Below, piece after piece: positions 7,695-15,961 of a stretch of 64,000 nt of DNA. The notes under the pieces were generated by a model that did no database searches, was not told the DNA's origin, and worked only from the letters and a program-made list of their open reading frames with translations. Position numbers and translations under genes: made by a program. Each line of letters begins with the position of its first letter. Within the stretch, counting starts at the first letter, position 1. The stretch is from Nitrosomonadales bacterium (lineage in GTDB: Bacteria; Pseudomonadota; Gammaproteobacteria; Burkholderiales; Gallionellaceae). The stretch covers positions 8,677-72,676 of the forward strand of contig JANXWX010000034.1 in the NCBI GenBank assembly GCA_025350915.1. The letters are read 5' to 3'.

Positions 7695-9989
7695 TTATTG
7701 TTGTGCTTTTGCAGCTGGGACTAAGAAATCAAATCGACAATTAAATCCCTGCTCGGTATCTCCAAGGCGAACATGCCCACTATTGGCGCTTGCGATATCA
7801 GAAACGATCTTCAATCCCAACCCAGAACCGGGGCCAACTAATTCATCATCGCCATATTGGTGCGTTGTAAAAAAAGCATCGAATATCTTATCCGCAATCG
7901 CTGGATCAACACCCGTTCCAGTATCCTGAAAACCGATACGGACAAACTCGCCTTCACGATCTGCGCTGATTTTAATTTTTCTATTGCCAGTATTGGCACG
8001 ATCCATTGCCTTGATTGAATTTGTGAGGAAATTGAATAACACAGAATCAATTTCGCTCCGATGCATAGAAGTAGTGCGAAGATAAGGCGGGTCAATAGTT
8101 ACCTCAAACTCAACCTGCCTCGTATCAAGATAGTGTTTGAATTGGGATACGAATTCGGTAATTACGCTGTGAATGGCGATCTCATTTTTTTCACGCTTGG
8201 CTGTATGGGCTATCAGGCTCATCACATAGGAGGCCAAATCATTAAGCTGACTAAGGCTCGCTTCTACGTCATCAATGGGCTTCTTGGCTTTATCCTTTGC
8301 GCCGAGGTCGGTCAGCAATCCTTTCAAATTCAGGATGCTGCCGCTGAAACCATTCAGCGCCCCGCGTATTTCATGACTGAATACGGCTATCGAGGTACCC
8401 AATGAAGCCAGGATTCGCAACAACTCCTCATAACGTAGATGCACTTTTTCGCGTTGTTCCTGTTCCTGCTCAAAACTTTCAACGATCTTCTGAACTTCCT
8501 CTTGAGCGTCTTTCAGCACATCAACTGGTACAGCGTTTCCCCCCGAAGAGCCACTTTGTATTGATGTGGCCGACACGTCTTCAAATATCTTTTTTACACG
8601 TTCGGAAGGTTTGCCGCGCTTAGAAGTAAAATCTTTTTGACCTGCTGTCTGTTTTCTTTCGCGAGCAGCCGCAACGCGCATAGCTGCCCACTCAAGTCCA
8701 CCTCTGACAAAATCGGCAAGTTGTGCAAATGCTTCATTTTCAATCAGGCCTTCTCGACTGCTGGTTTCTTCGAGAAGCACGTTCTCATCGCTTGCTAGTT
8801 CGACTTGCCCAAAAAAATTGTTATTGCTCGCAGGAATTAGCAGGCTTCTACGGCCAGTGTCATATGCAAGGCGAAGCCAATCATCGCGAGGCTCACCATA
8901 AGGAAGAACGCGGAAGCCATCACGATACAAGCGAATTCCCCCATATTCAGCACCAACGTCCTGTGCCGTCCTGCTTGAAAATCCTTCGATTAGCTCTGAG
9001 GAATAAATAAAGTAATCTGCCTCGAAGGTTGAAACACCCACCAGATCAAAGTTGCGATCTAGCGTTATTTGATCTGTAAACCCAAGTCTTTTTGATTCGA
9101 GCAGAATGTGCGCATGGCCATCTTTGTCAATATGCCCACTGATCCGAGCTAACCTTTGATCAAGGAAAGTTTTATCGAGAGAGAATTCCATTCTGACTTC
9201 ATCAGAATTTTTCCCATTGATAACTACTGAGAAGCCTGGGTCAGGCTCTACCCCCTTATTTTTAACTAGTGCTTTACCTCGATACGTTCGCCTGACCTTA
9301 TATGGTGGCTGGAGCAGAATGACGGATTTCCACACGCGCTTCAATTGAGCTTCTGTCCATCTGTCACGCATCGTAACAATGGTTAATTTCGTTCCGTGCG
9401 CCTCTGGTGGCTTATCAAAGCGTTCAACTGAAAACGTCAGCATGCCTATATCTACATCAGGCTTAAACACATCGTCCCAGTTGAATTGCACGCGTACACC
9501 TTGGGTCTCGCCGATCACACCTGACTCAAGAATCAGTTCTTTTCCAAGACGTTCAACCGCAAACCGCCCAATGCCTTTGCGCCCAGCTCGTGAACGCTTA
9601 AACCTATCGGAGATTGGGGATAGCTCCTTGTCATTGGTCGAAAGCCGCATCCATGAGCTACGTATTGTTTCCTCAGTCATTCCCGAGCCGTCGTCAGCAA
9701 TGGTGAGAACCCCGCCAGGTTTATCAAACGCAACGAAATCGATTCTTACTTCTGTAGCATCCGCATCGTAGGCGTTCTTAATTAGTTCACTGAGAGCGGT
9801 TTCTTGGCGACCGACGAGTTCAAAGCCTAGGCGATGAATATGCCGCGCATCGATTGAAAATCGTACTGAGCTTTTATCACATTCAAGTATTTTTTTATTG
9901 AGCTCCGCAATAGCCTGAAAATCGACATGCTCCTGCTCAAGCTCTATTGAAAGCTGCTTTTTAAGCGTGTTAAGAAGATCAGATTTCAT
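7695..9989 (-). CDS. dual GHKL protein: MORC/HSP90-like ATPase N-terminus fused to histidine-kinase transmitter
   Basis: 764-aa ORF. The N-terminal Bergerat fold has SELIKNAYDADATEV (N box), IADDGSGM (G1) and GRKGIGRFAVERLG (G2). The C-terminal transmitter has the H box VFSHEIRGALNG (His539), N box LFNFLTNSIKAM, G1 QDTGTGV, F box IFDAFFTT and G2 GPGSGLGLKIV. No TM segments. Confidence 0.85.
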   Translation of the reverse strand: MKSDLLNTLKKQLSIELEQEHVDFQAIAELNKKILECDKSSVRFSIDARHIHRLGFELVGRQETALSELIKNAYDADATEVRIDFVAFDKPGGVLTIADDGSGMTEETIRSSWMRLSTNDKELSPISDRFKRSRAGRKGIGRFAVERLGKELILESGVIGETQGVRVQFNWDDVFKPDVDIGMLTFSVERFDKPPEAHGTKLTIVTMRDRWTEAQLKRVWKSVILLQPPYKVRRTYRGKALVKNKGVEPDPGFSVVINGKNSDEVRMEFSLDKTFLDQRLARISGHIDKDGHAHILLESKRLGFTDQITLDRNFDLVGVSTFEADYFIYSSELIEGFSSRTAQDVGAEYGGIRLYRDGFRVLPYGEPRDDWLRLAYDTGRRSLLIPASNNNFFGQVELASDENVLLEETSSREGLIENEAFAQLADFVRGGLEWAAMRVAAARERKQTAGQKDFTSKRGKPSERVKKIFEDVSATSIQSGSSGGNAVPVDVLKDAQEEVQKIVESFEQEQEQREKVHLRYEELLRILASLGTSIAVFSHEIRGALNGFSGSILNLKGLLTDLGAKDKAKKPIDDVEASLSQLNDLASYVMSLIAHTAKREKNEIAIHSVITEFVSQFKHYLDTRQVEFEVTIDPPYLRTTSMHRSEIDSVLFNFLTNSIKAMDRANTGNRKIKISADREGEFVRIGFQDTGTGVDPAIADKIFDAFFTTHQYGDDELVGPGSGLGLKIVSDIASANSGHVRLGDTEQGFNCRFDFLVPAAKAQQ

Positions 9990-11703
9990 CGCGTAAGCGC
10001 CTTCTCCGATTCCTTACGATTTCTAATTCTCTGGCCAATGCGAAAATTAGTTGTTCATGGACAGATTTTTTTCTATTCCCAAAAATAAACATGTTAGCAA
10101 CTTGCTGCGCCCCCTCGGAATCACCTTTACGGAAACATGCGTCAATTTGTGAAAAGGCAGCATCAGTCTGCTCAACTGTCTTATCTTTTGGGAGGATGAG
10201 CCTTAATCTGTTTGCCTCGGATGGCTCAATTTTCAGGACTCCAGAACCATAACTCCGGCCTACATACTCAGCGGATAGCTGGCTAAAAGTAGAACACAGA
10301 GAGATAACTAACTGTTTCCTTGTTTGTTGTAATACAGATGGATTAAAAAATACTCGATGAATAGAATTCGTCGCATTGATTGCGGCATTGTTCAGCACCA
10401 TTCTCGGTCCATCGTGCATCATGTAAGAGAAGAAAGCATCAGGGATACGCCCATCATCGGCTCTCAACCAATCTTTTCGGCGGCGAAATGTACTGTTTTG
10501 TAGGCGCTCATTTTCTGGAAACGTTGCCGCATAACGCACCGCTGCATGTGACATCCTCTTGTCAGGTCGATGAAATAATAGATAGGGTTTGTCCTGAGAT
10601 TTCCAATCTTCAATATCCATTTCGTTGATCTGTGTGCCTTGGATATACGCGAATTTTGAAAGAATGGGCTTAAGGTTACGTTCACCAAGATGGTGAAGTT
10701 TGGCGCGGCTTGGTGACATGATGAAGAATCGATTTGCGCCAGTCACAGTGCCTATCAATACCTTGCACAGATCGCCCAGTCTCACTGCGTCTGTGCTGTC
10801 GGCCAAGGTGTCGTAGATACTTGTTTCATCCAGAGCAGTATGCAATTGCTTCAGAGCGATTGGCTTATCCAGAGATGAACTAACTTGGCTTTTGGTAGCT
10901 ATCACACTATCTAGTTGATCCGCCGATGTACAGTGGCTAATTTGAATGCCCTTAGATGACCCACCAAAGCCAGAACACAGCAGAATTACTGTACGCTCTT
11001 CCACTCCGTCCGATAGAAACATTCTTTCGGTTAGCTGAATAGCGATAACCTCATCAAAGCTAGCGGCAATATCCTCGCGCAAGCTTGTCGCATAATCCGC
11101 TTCCAAAAAACTCCCAGGGAGCACCCATGCCATCCTGCCGCCGGGCATAAGGAAGGACATGGCATGCAATACGAAATAAGCCCATAAGCTAGCTCTGCCG
11201 TTAATTTTAATTCCTGTTTCTTCTTTCCATGCCTGAACTGAAGCCTTCTGGTTCGCAGACATGTTGTGTAGGGAGACGTAAGGTGGATTTCCTATGACTA
11301 CATCAAATGCTTGCGCAGAAAAGCTTTGTGGGGATACCGCAACAAAATCAGAAAGTACGTAACGGCGCTCAATACTCAAAATACCGAGCTTTTCAAAAAG
11401 ATATGCGAATGCTTGTGGGTCGATATCACAACCATAAAGTTGATTCTTGGGGGATGGGCTACCCAGTTCAGATAGCCTATCTACCGCCGCCTGAAGAAAG
11501 CCACAACCGCCAAACCCAGGCTCTAATACATGCTCATTACGTGAGCGAATTGCCCACTTGGCAAGAAGTGAAGCAAGGACACTTGGAGTGTAATATGCAC
11601 CCAACTCCCTTTGGGTAAGAGGTTGGCTAGAAGGATCGCTTTGTGCTGTAGTCGGCATTACATCAAAACCAGCAGTAGACGTTGCAGTAGTGTTCCTAAC
11701 CAT
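9979..11703 (-). CDS. N6-adenine DNA methyltransferase, gamma class (Eco57I/TaqI-like with C-terminal target-recognition domain)
   Basis: 574-aa ORF. GAYYTPSVLASLL, AdoMet motif I VLEPGFGGCGFL and motif IV VIGNPPYVS occur in gamma-class order. The C-terminal LGDLCKVLIGTVTGANRFFI resembles the TaqI-type specificity domain. Its stop overlaps the next gene by 11 nt. Confidence 0.85.
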   Translation of the reverse strand: MVRNTTATSTAGFDVMPTTAQSDPSSQPLTQRELGAYYTPSVLASLLAKWAIRSRNEHVLEPGFGGCGFLQAAVDRLSELGSPSPKNQLYGCDIDPQAFAYLFEKLGILSIERRYVLSDFVAVSPQSFSAQAFDVVIGNPPYVSLHNMSANQKASVQAWKEETGIKINGRASLWAYFVLHAMSFLMPGGRMAWVLPGSFLEADYATSLREDIAASFDEVIAIQLTERMFLSDGVEERTVILLCSGFGGSSKGIQISHCTSADQLDSVIATKSQVSSSLDKPIALKQLHTALDETSIYDTLADSTDAVRLGDLCKVLIGTVTGANRFFIMSPSRAKLHHLGERNLKPILSKFAYIQGTQINEMDIEDWKSQDKPYLLFHRPDKRMSHAAVRYAATFPENERLQNSTFRRRKDWLRADDGRIPDAFFSYMMHDGPRMVLNNAAINATNSIHRVFFNPSVLQQTRKQLVISLCSTFSQLSAEYVGRSYGSGVLKIEPSEANRLRLILPKDKTVEQTDAAFSQIDACFRKGDSEGAQQVANMFIFGNRKKSVHEQLIFALARELEIVRNRRRRLRDEI

Positions 11704-11722
11704 ATAGCCTAACTTTTAGTAA

Positions 11723-11751
11723 ATTATATACGTGACCAACTTAATTGGCAC
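11723..11751 (-). promoter_or_regulatory. candidate sigma70 promoter for the four-gene operon
   Basis: On the minus strand, GTGCCA (-35, 4/6) is followed by a 17-nt spacer and TATAAT (-10, 6/6). It ends about 19 nt before the methyltransferase ATG. That leaves a very short leader and a weak RBS, so it is tentative. Confidence 0.3.
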
Positions 11752-12074
11752 GCCAGCAGACGCTTTAAGCTGTAAATAAACAAAGACATCGTAACGTCTC
11801 TATTATTGACTAGCTATTTTCTTTGCGGGGAATCCTAACAGATTTCAGCGCATGAGTGGCATTGATAAGTAGTTATACCGCTCCAGCTTGATTTCTGATG
11901 CACGTGTAGGTCGTGAATTGAACCGAAGCGGACTTCCAAAGTATAGGGGCATATGCCCGCTTTGGCCGAGTAGTGGACATTGATGTTAGTTGAGCACCGA
12001 GTGTTGCCTAGTAGCCGCATACATAAAGTGAGTATTATGAATAGATTTGGCATATTAGTAATGCTGCTGATCTT

Positions 12075-12443
12075 CTAATATTTCAACATGTTTATGGTGA
12101 CATCTTTTTGATCGAGATCCCAAGCGCCGGGCGAGAATACACCAATGATAGGAACGATGAATATCATTGAGCCGATAAAATCAGCAATGCCTGTCGGACT
12201 TATTGAATAAGAAACTGATTTTTGTGCTGGGTAAAACCCTTGTTTGTAACAGGCGTAGGAGAAAACCTTGTCTCGACGTGCTTCAACGGTAGCCTGGCCC
12301 GTATAAGACTCGCCACCATTGATTTGCAGCGTTGCATCAGGCTCCGAGCAGGCTGCTTTTACCATTTCTGTTTTAGGCACAAAGGCGGAGCATCCTGAAG
12401 TGAAGATGCTGGCGGCCAAGATGACCGAAATAATTTTTTTCAT
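12075..12443 (-). CDS. small lipoprotein, function unknown
   Basis: 122-aa ORF. It has a signal peptide with the lipobox MKKIISVILAASIFTSG-C and a hydrophobic segment near the C-terminus. Confidence 0.6.
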   Translation of the reverse strand: MKKIISVILAASIFTSGCSAFVPKTEMVKAACSEPDATLQINGGESYTGQATVEARRDKVFSYACYKQGFYPAQKSVSYSISPTGIADFIGSMIFIVPIIGVFSPGAWDLDQKDVTINMLKY

Positions 12444-12540
12444 GTAGTGCTGTCCTTGACTATTAAGTGCGCTGCTTCCTGGTGTCTATAACAATATGGG
12501 GTAATACCCATCATAAATTATGTAACTCTTCAAATACCAC

Positions 12541-12840
12541 TTAAAAGAAATCTTCTTCCCGTTGGTGTCGCACAGCTAGTACGGTTACTGTCCGGTTATC
12601 CTCGATTTCAAATAAGGCAACATAACCGTTTGCGCCAAAACTGATAATTAATTCACGCAGCAAGGGATGTTCCGGTGATACCTTGCGGCAACTGAATGGA
12701 AAAGTACGCAGGAATTCAATGCCTTTTGCAATAGCAGAGCGGGCACGCTTGGCGGCCTTTAAATCACGTTCCGCGAGAAAATCAAACAAGTGTTGCAGAT
12801 CTTTCGCTGCCGCAGGCGTAAATCGAACTGTGTAGTTCAC
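12541..12840 (-). CDS. type II toxin-antitoxin system RelE/ParE family toxin
   Basis: 99-aa ORF. It begins FTPAAAKDLQHLFDFL and ends with the core LRELIISFGANGYVALFEIEDNRTVTVLAVRHQREEDF, typical of ParE-like toxins. It overlaps the upstream antitoxin gene by 4 nt. Confidence 0.85.
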   Translation of the reverse strand: MNYTVRFTPAAAKDLQHLFDFLAERDLKAAKRARSAIAKGIEFLRTFPFSCRKVSPEHPLLRELIISFGANGYVALFEIEDNRTVTVLAVRHQREEDFF

Positions 12841-13124
12841 TTGCGGGAAAGTGCCTTGCCTGATTTCACTATCGTTTTATCCAGACTGGTTAGCATTTCT
12901 TCTGCTGAAATATATTTTCCAGTTAGGCGCGCCTCATCTCTGGCAGCTAAACCGCGTGCAATAAATTCTTTCTGCATCGCTCGTCGTTGAATATTGAATT
13001 GGACTGACTCCAGCAAAAAACCGGAAAGGGTTTCGCCTTCTATCAGGGCGGCCTCGGCAGCATCGCGTACCTTTTCGCTTACTCGCAACGAAGGGAACGT
13101 GGAAGTTTTGATCATTGTTTTCAT
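12837..13124 (-). CDS. ribbon-helix-helix (ParD/CopG-like) antitoxin
   Basis: 95-aa ORF directly upstream of, and overlapping, the ParE-like toxin. The N-terminal FPSLRVSEKVRDAAEAAL..GETLSGFLLESV fits an RHH DNA-binding fold. AAGGAG RBS precedes the ATG. Confidence 0.72.
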   Translation of the reverse strand: MKTMIKTSTFPSLRVSEKVRDAAEAALIEGETLSGFLLESVQFNIQRRAMQKEFIARGLAARDEARLTGKYISAEEMLTSLDKTIVKSGKALSRK

Positions 13125-13136
13125 TATTGCTCCTTT

Positions 13137-13158
13137 ATGCGTTGCAAATGCAACGCAT
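13137..13158. promoter_or_regulatory. palindrome upstream of the antitoxin gene (candidate TA operator)
   Basis: ATGCGTTGCA-aa-TGCAACGCAT forms 10-bp perfect inverted arms. It lies 13 nt upstream of the antitoxin ATG and 35 nt downstream of the polA stop. No T-run follows on the minus strand, so I favour an operator over a terminator. Confidence 0.35.
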
Positions 13159-13192
13159 TGCCGCTCTAAATAAACTTAAGTGCAAGCAAAGA

Positions 13193-15943
13193 TTAGTGAG
13201 CTGCTTCCCAGTTAGCGCCCATCCCTAGACCGACTTCCAGTGGCACTTTTAGTTCGGCTACATGACACATTAAATCCGGTAATTTTTCTTTCACTAAAGC
13301 CAACTCCTTATCCGGTACTTCTAGCACCAGTTCGTCATGCACCTGCATGATTAATCGTGTTTGCAGCTGTTCTTTCTCAATCCAGTTCTGCACCGCCACC
13401 ATCGCCAGCTTGATCAGGTCAGCCGCCGTGCCTTGCATCGGGGCGTTGATCGCAGCGCGTTCGGCAGCCTGGCGGCGCATGCCGTTGCCGCCGTTGATTT
13501 CGGGCAGCCACAGGCGGCGGCCGAATACGGTTTCGACGTAGCCTTGCTGCTTGGCAGTATCACGTGTGGTTTGCATGTAGTTCGCCACACCGGGGTAGCG
13601 GGCGAAGTAGCGTTCGATATAGGCCTGTGCCGCGCTGCGCTCGATGCCGAGCTGGCTGGCGAGGCCGAACGCGGACATGCCGTAGATCAAACCGAAGTTG
13701 ATTACCTTGGCATAGCGGCGCTGTTCGTTGCTGACCGCCTCCGGCTCGGCCGCAAAGATCTCGGCGGCGGTGGTGCGGTGCACGTCGAGGCCGTGGGCGA
13801 AGGCATGCAACAGGCCTGTATCACTCGATAGATGCGCCATGATGCGTAGCTCGATTTGTGAATAGTCGGCGGACACGATATGGCTGCCGGGGTCGGCGAT
13901 AAACGCTTCGCGGATGCGGCGGCCTTCGGCGGTGCGCACCGGGATGTTTTGCAGGTTGGGGTCATTGGAGGCGAGGCGTCCGGTAATCGCCACGGCCTGT
14001 GCGTAGTTGGTATGCACCCGGCCGGTTTGCTGATTGACCATCAACGGCAATTTATCGGTGTAGGTGGATTTGAGCTTCGCCATGCCGCGATATTCGAGTA
14101 ATAATTTTGGCAGCGGATAGTCCAGGGCCAGTTCTTGCAGTACTTCTTCGTCGGTGGAGCGCGAGCCGGTTGCGGTTTTTTTCTTCGACGGAATGCCGAG
14201 TTTGTCGAATAATATTTCCTGTAGTTGCTTGGGTGAAGCGAGGTTGAAGGGCTGGCCAGCTAGCTCGTAGGCCTGTGTTTCAAGCGTAAGCAACTTCTCA
14301 CCCAGCTCGCGACTTTGTTCGTTGAGCAGCTTGCTGTCGAGCAGCACGCCATTGCGTTCCATCACAAATAGCACTTGCCGTGCTGGCATTTCAATATCGC
14401 GATAAACACGTTCAAGTTTTCCTTGCGCCTTGAGTTGCGGCAACAGAGTTTGGTGCAATTGCAGGGTGATGTCGACATCCTCGGCGGAATATTGTGTGGC
14501 TTTGTCGAGCTCAACCTGATCAAAGCCGATTTGTTTGGCGCCCTTGCCTGCCACCTCTTCAAAGGTGATGGTCTTGAGGCCAAGGTGGCGCATCGCGAGG
14601 TCATCCATATTGTGCGTGCGATGGCTTTCCAGCACGTAGGATTGCAGCAGCGTGTCTTCGGCAATACCTGCCAGCTTGATGCCGTGGTTGGCAAAAATAT
14701 GTTGGTCGTATTTCAAGTTTTGCCCAAGCTTTTTATGCGATGTGCTTTCCAGCCACGGCTTGAGTTTTTGCAGGACGTGTTCGCGGTTTAATTGCGCGGG
14801 TGCGCCGGAATAGTGATGGGCCACGGGAATATAGATCGCGTGGTGCGCCTCGATCGCGATTGAGATGCCCACCAGTTGAGAAGTCATACTATCGAGTCCG
14901 GTGGTTTCGGTATCCACGCACACCAGTTCAGCCTGCAAAATTTTTGCGAGCCAAGTGTCGAGTTGCGCGTCGGTCAGGATGCATTCATAACGTGTGGCGG
15001 GTGCAACGACCTCACCACTGCTGGCATCGAACATGCTGCCCTGTTGCGGGGAGGCGCTGGGTTCTTGTTTGGCTGCATGAGCGGAATTGGCAACAGGTGC
15101 GGGCAGTACATCGCGTAGCAGGGTTTTAAAGCCAAAGCCCTGTAACAACGTGCGCAAATTTTCGCTATCCTGCGGCGGGGCAACCAGTTCATCAAAATGT
15201 ACCGGTAGCGGCACATCGCATTTCACGGTGATCAACTTGCGCCCCATCGGCAACCATTCCAGCGCACTGCGCAGATTTTCACCCACGGCACCACTTACTT
15301 CGTCGGCATGGGTGATCAGGTTATCCAGCGTGCCATACTGGTTGAGCCATTTTACGGCGGTCTTGGGTCCGCATTTGTTGACACCGGGCACGTTGTCGAC
15401 CGTGTCACCGACGAGTGTAAGGTAATCTACGATGCGCTCAGGTGGCACGCCAAATTTGGCGAGCACACCGGCCTCATCGAGTGTTTCATTGCTCATGGTG
15501 TTGATTAGTGTCACCTGGCTGTTCACCAGCTGCGCGAGATCTTTATCGCCGGTTGAAATGACACAGCGGCTCCCGCCTTGGGTGGCCTGCTGTGCCAGCG
15601 TACCGAGTACATCATCCGCCTCTACGCCATCTATCATCAGGATATTCCAGCCGAAAGCGGCAATGGCTTTGTGCAGGGGCTCTATCTGTGCGGCAAGCTC
15701 CGGCGGCATCGAGGGACGATGGGCTTTGTATTCGGGGTACCAGTCGTCGCGGAAGGTTTTTCCCTTGGCATCAAATACGCACGCGCTATAATCCGACGGG
15801 TAATCGGCACGCAGCCGGCGCAGCATATTGAGCACACCCTGTATGGCCCCGGTCGGTTCGCCGGTGGGGCTGCGCAAATCTGGCATCGCATGAAATGCGC
15901 GATACAGGTAAGATGAACCATCTACTAATAACAATGTTTTCAT
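13193..15943 (-). CDS. polA: DNA polymerase I
   Basis: 916-aa ORF. The 5'-nuclease N-terminus reads LLVDGSSYLYRAFHA. The 3'-5' exonuclease has VCVDTETTGLD. The polymerase motifs are DYSQIELRIMAH, RRYAKVINFGLIYG and QVHDELVLEV. Confidence 0.97.
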   Translation of the reverse strand: MKTLLLVDGSSYLYRAFHAMPDLRSPTGEPTGAIQGVLNMLRRLRADYPSDYSACVFDAKGKTFRDDWYPEYKAHRPSMPPELAAQIEPLHKAIAAFGWNILMIDGVEADDVLGTLAQQATQGGSRCVISTGDKDLAQLVNSQVTLINTMSNETLDEAGVLAKFGVPPERIVDYLTLVGDTVDNVPGVNKCGPKTAVKWLNQYGTLDNLITHADEVSGAVGENLRSALEWLPMGRKLITVKCDVPLPVHFDELVAPPQDSENLRTLLQGFGFKTLLRDVLPAPVANSAHAAKQEPSASPQQGSMFDASSGEVVAPATRYECILTDAQLDTWLAKILQAELVCVDTETTGLDSMTSQLVGISIAIEAHHAIYIPVAHHYSGAPAQLNREHVLQKLKPWLESTSHKKLGQNLKYDQHIFANHGIKLAGIAEDTLLQSYVLESHRTHNMDDLAMRHLGLKTITFEEVAGKGAKQIGFDQVELDKATQYSAEDVDITLQLHQTLLPQLKAQGKLERVYRDIEMPARQVLFVMERNGVLLDSKLLNEQSRELGEKLLTLETQAYELAGQPFNLASPKQLQEILFDKLGIPSKKKTATGSRSTDEEVLQELALDYPLPKLLLEYRGMAKLKSTYTDKLPLMVNQQTGRVHTNYAQAVAITGRLASNDPNLQNIPVRTAEGRRIREAFIADPGSHIVSADYSQIELRIMAHLSSDTGLLHAFAHGLDVHRTTAAEIFAAEPEAVSNEQRRYAKVINFGLIYGMSAFGLASQLGIERSAAQAYIERYFARYPGVANYMQTTRDTAKQQGYVETVFGRRLWLPEINGGNGMRRQAAERAAINAPMQGTAADLIKLAMVAVQNWIEKEQLQTRLIMQVHDELVLEVPDKELALVKEKLPDLMCHVAELKVPLEVGLGMGANWEAAH

Positions 15944-15961
15944 TTTTTAATAGGAATTGAG

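Noticed and set aside
5701-11946. There is a weak inverted similarity between the two flanks of the four-gene operon. The left flank is CTTCATTTCGGAAGGGCCGCTTTC at 5701-5724. The right flank is GAAGCGGACTTCCAAAGTATAG at 11925-11946.
   Set aside because: Only about 14 of 20 positions match, and one indel is needed. That is too weak to call terminal inverted repeats or att sites without a statistical alignment.
11835-12053. A 72-aa ORF lies in the non-coding stretch right of the methyltransferase operon. A 12-bp palindrome GGGCATATGCCC lies at 11947-11958.
   Set aside because: The ORF has no RBS, is Cys/His-rich and shows no motif. The palindrome is isolated, and I cannot tie it to a function.
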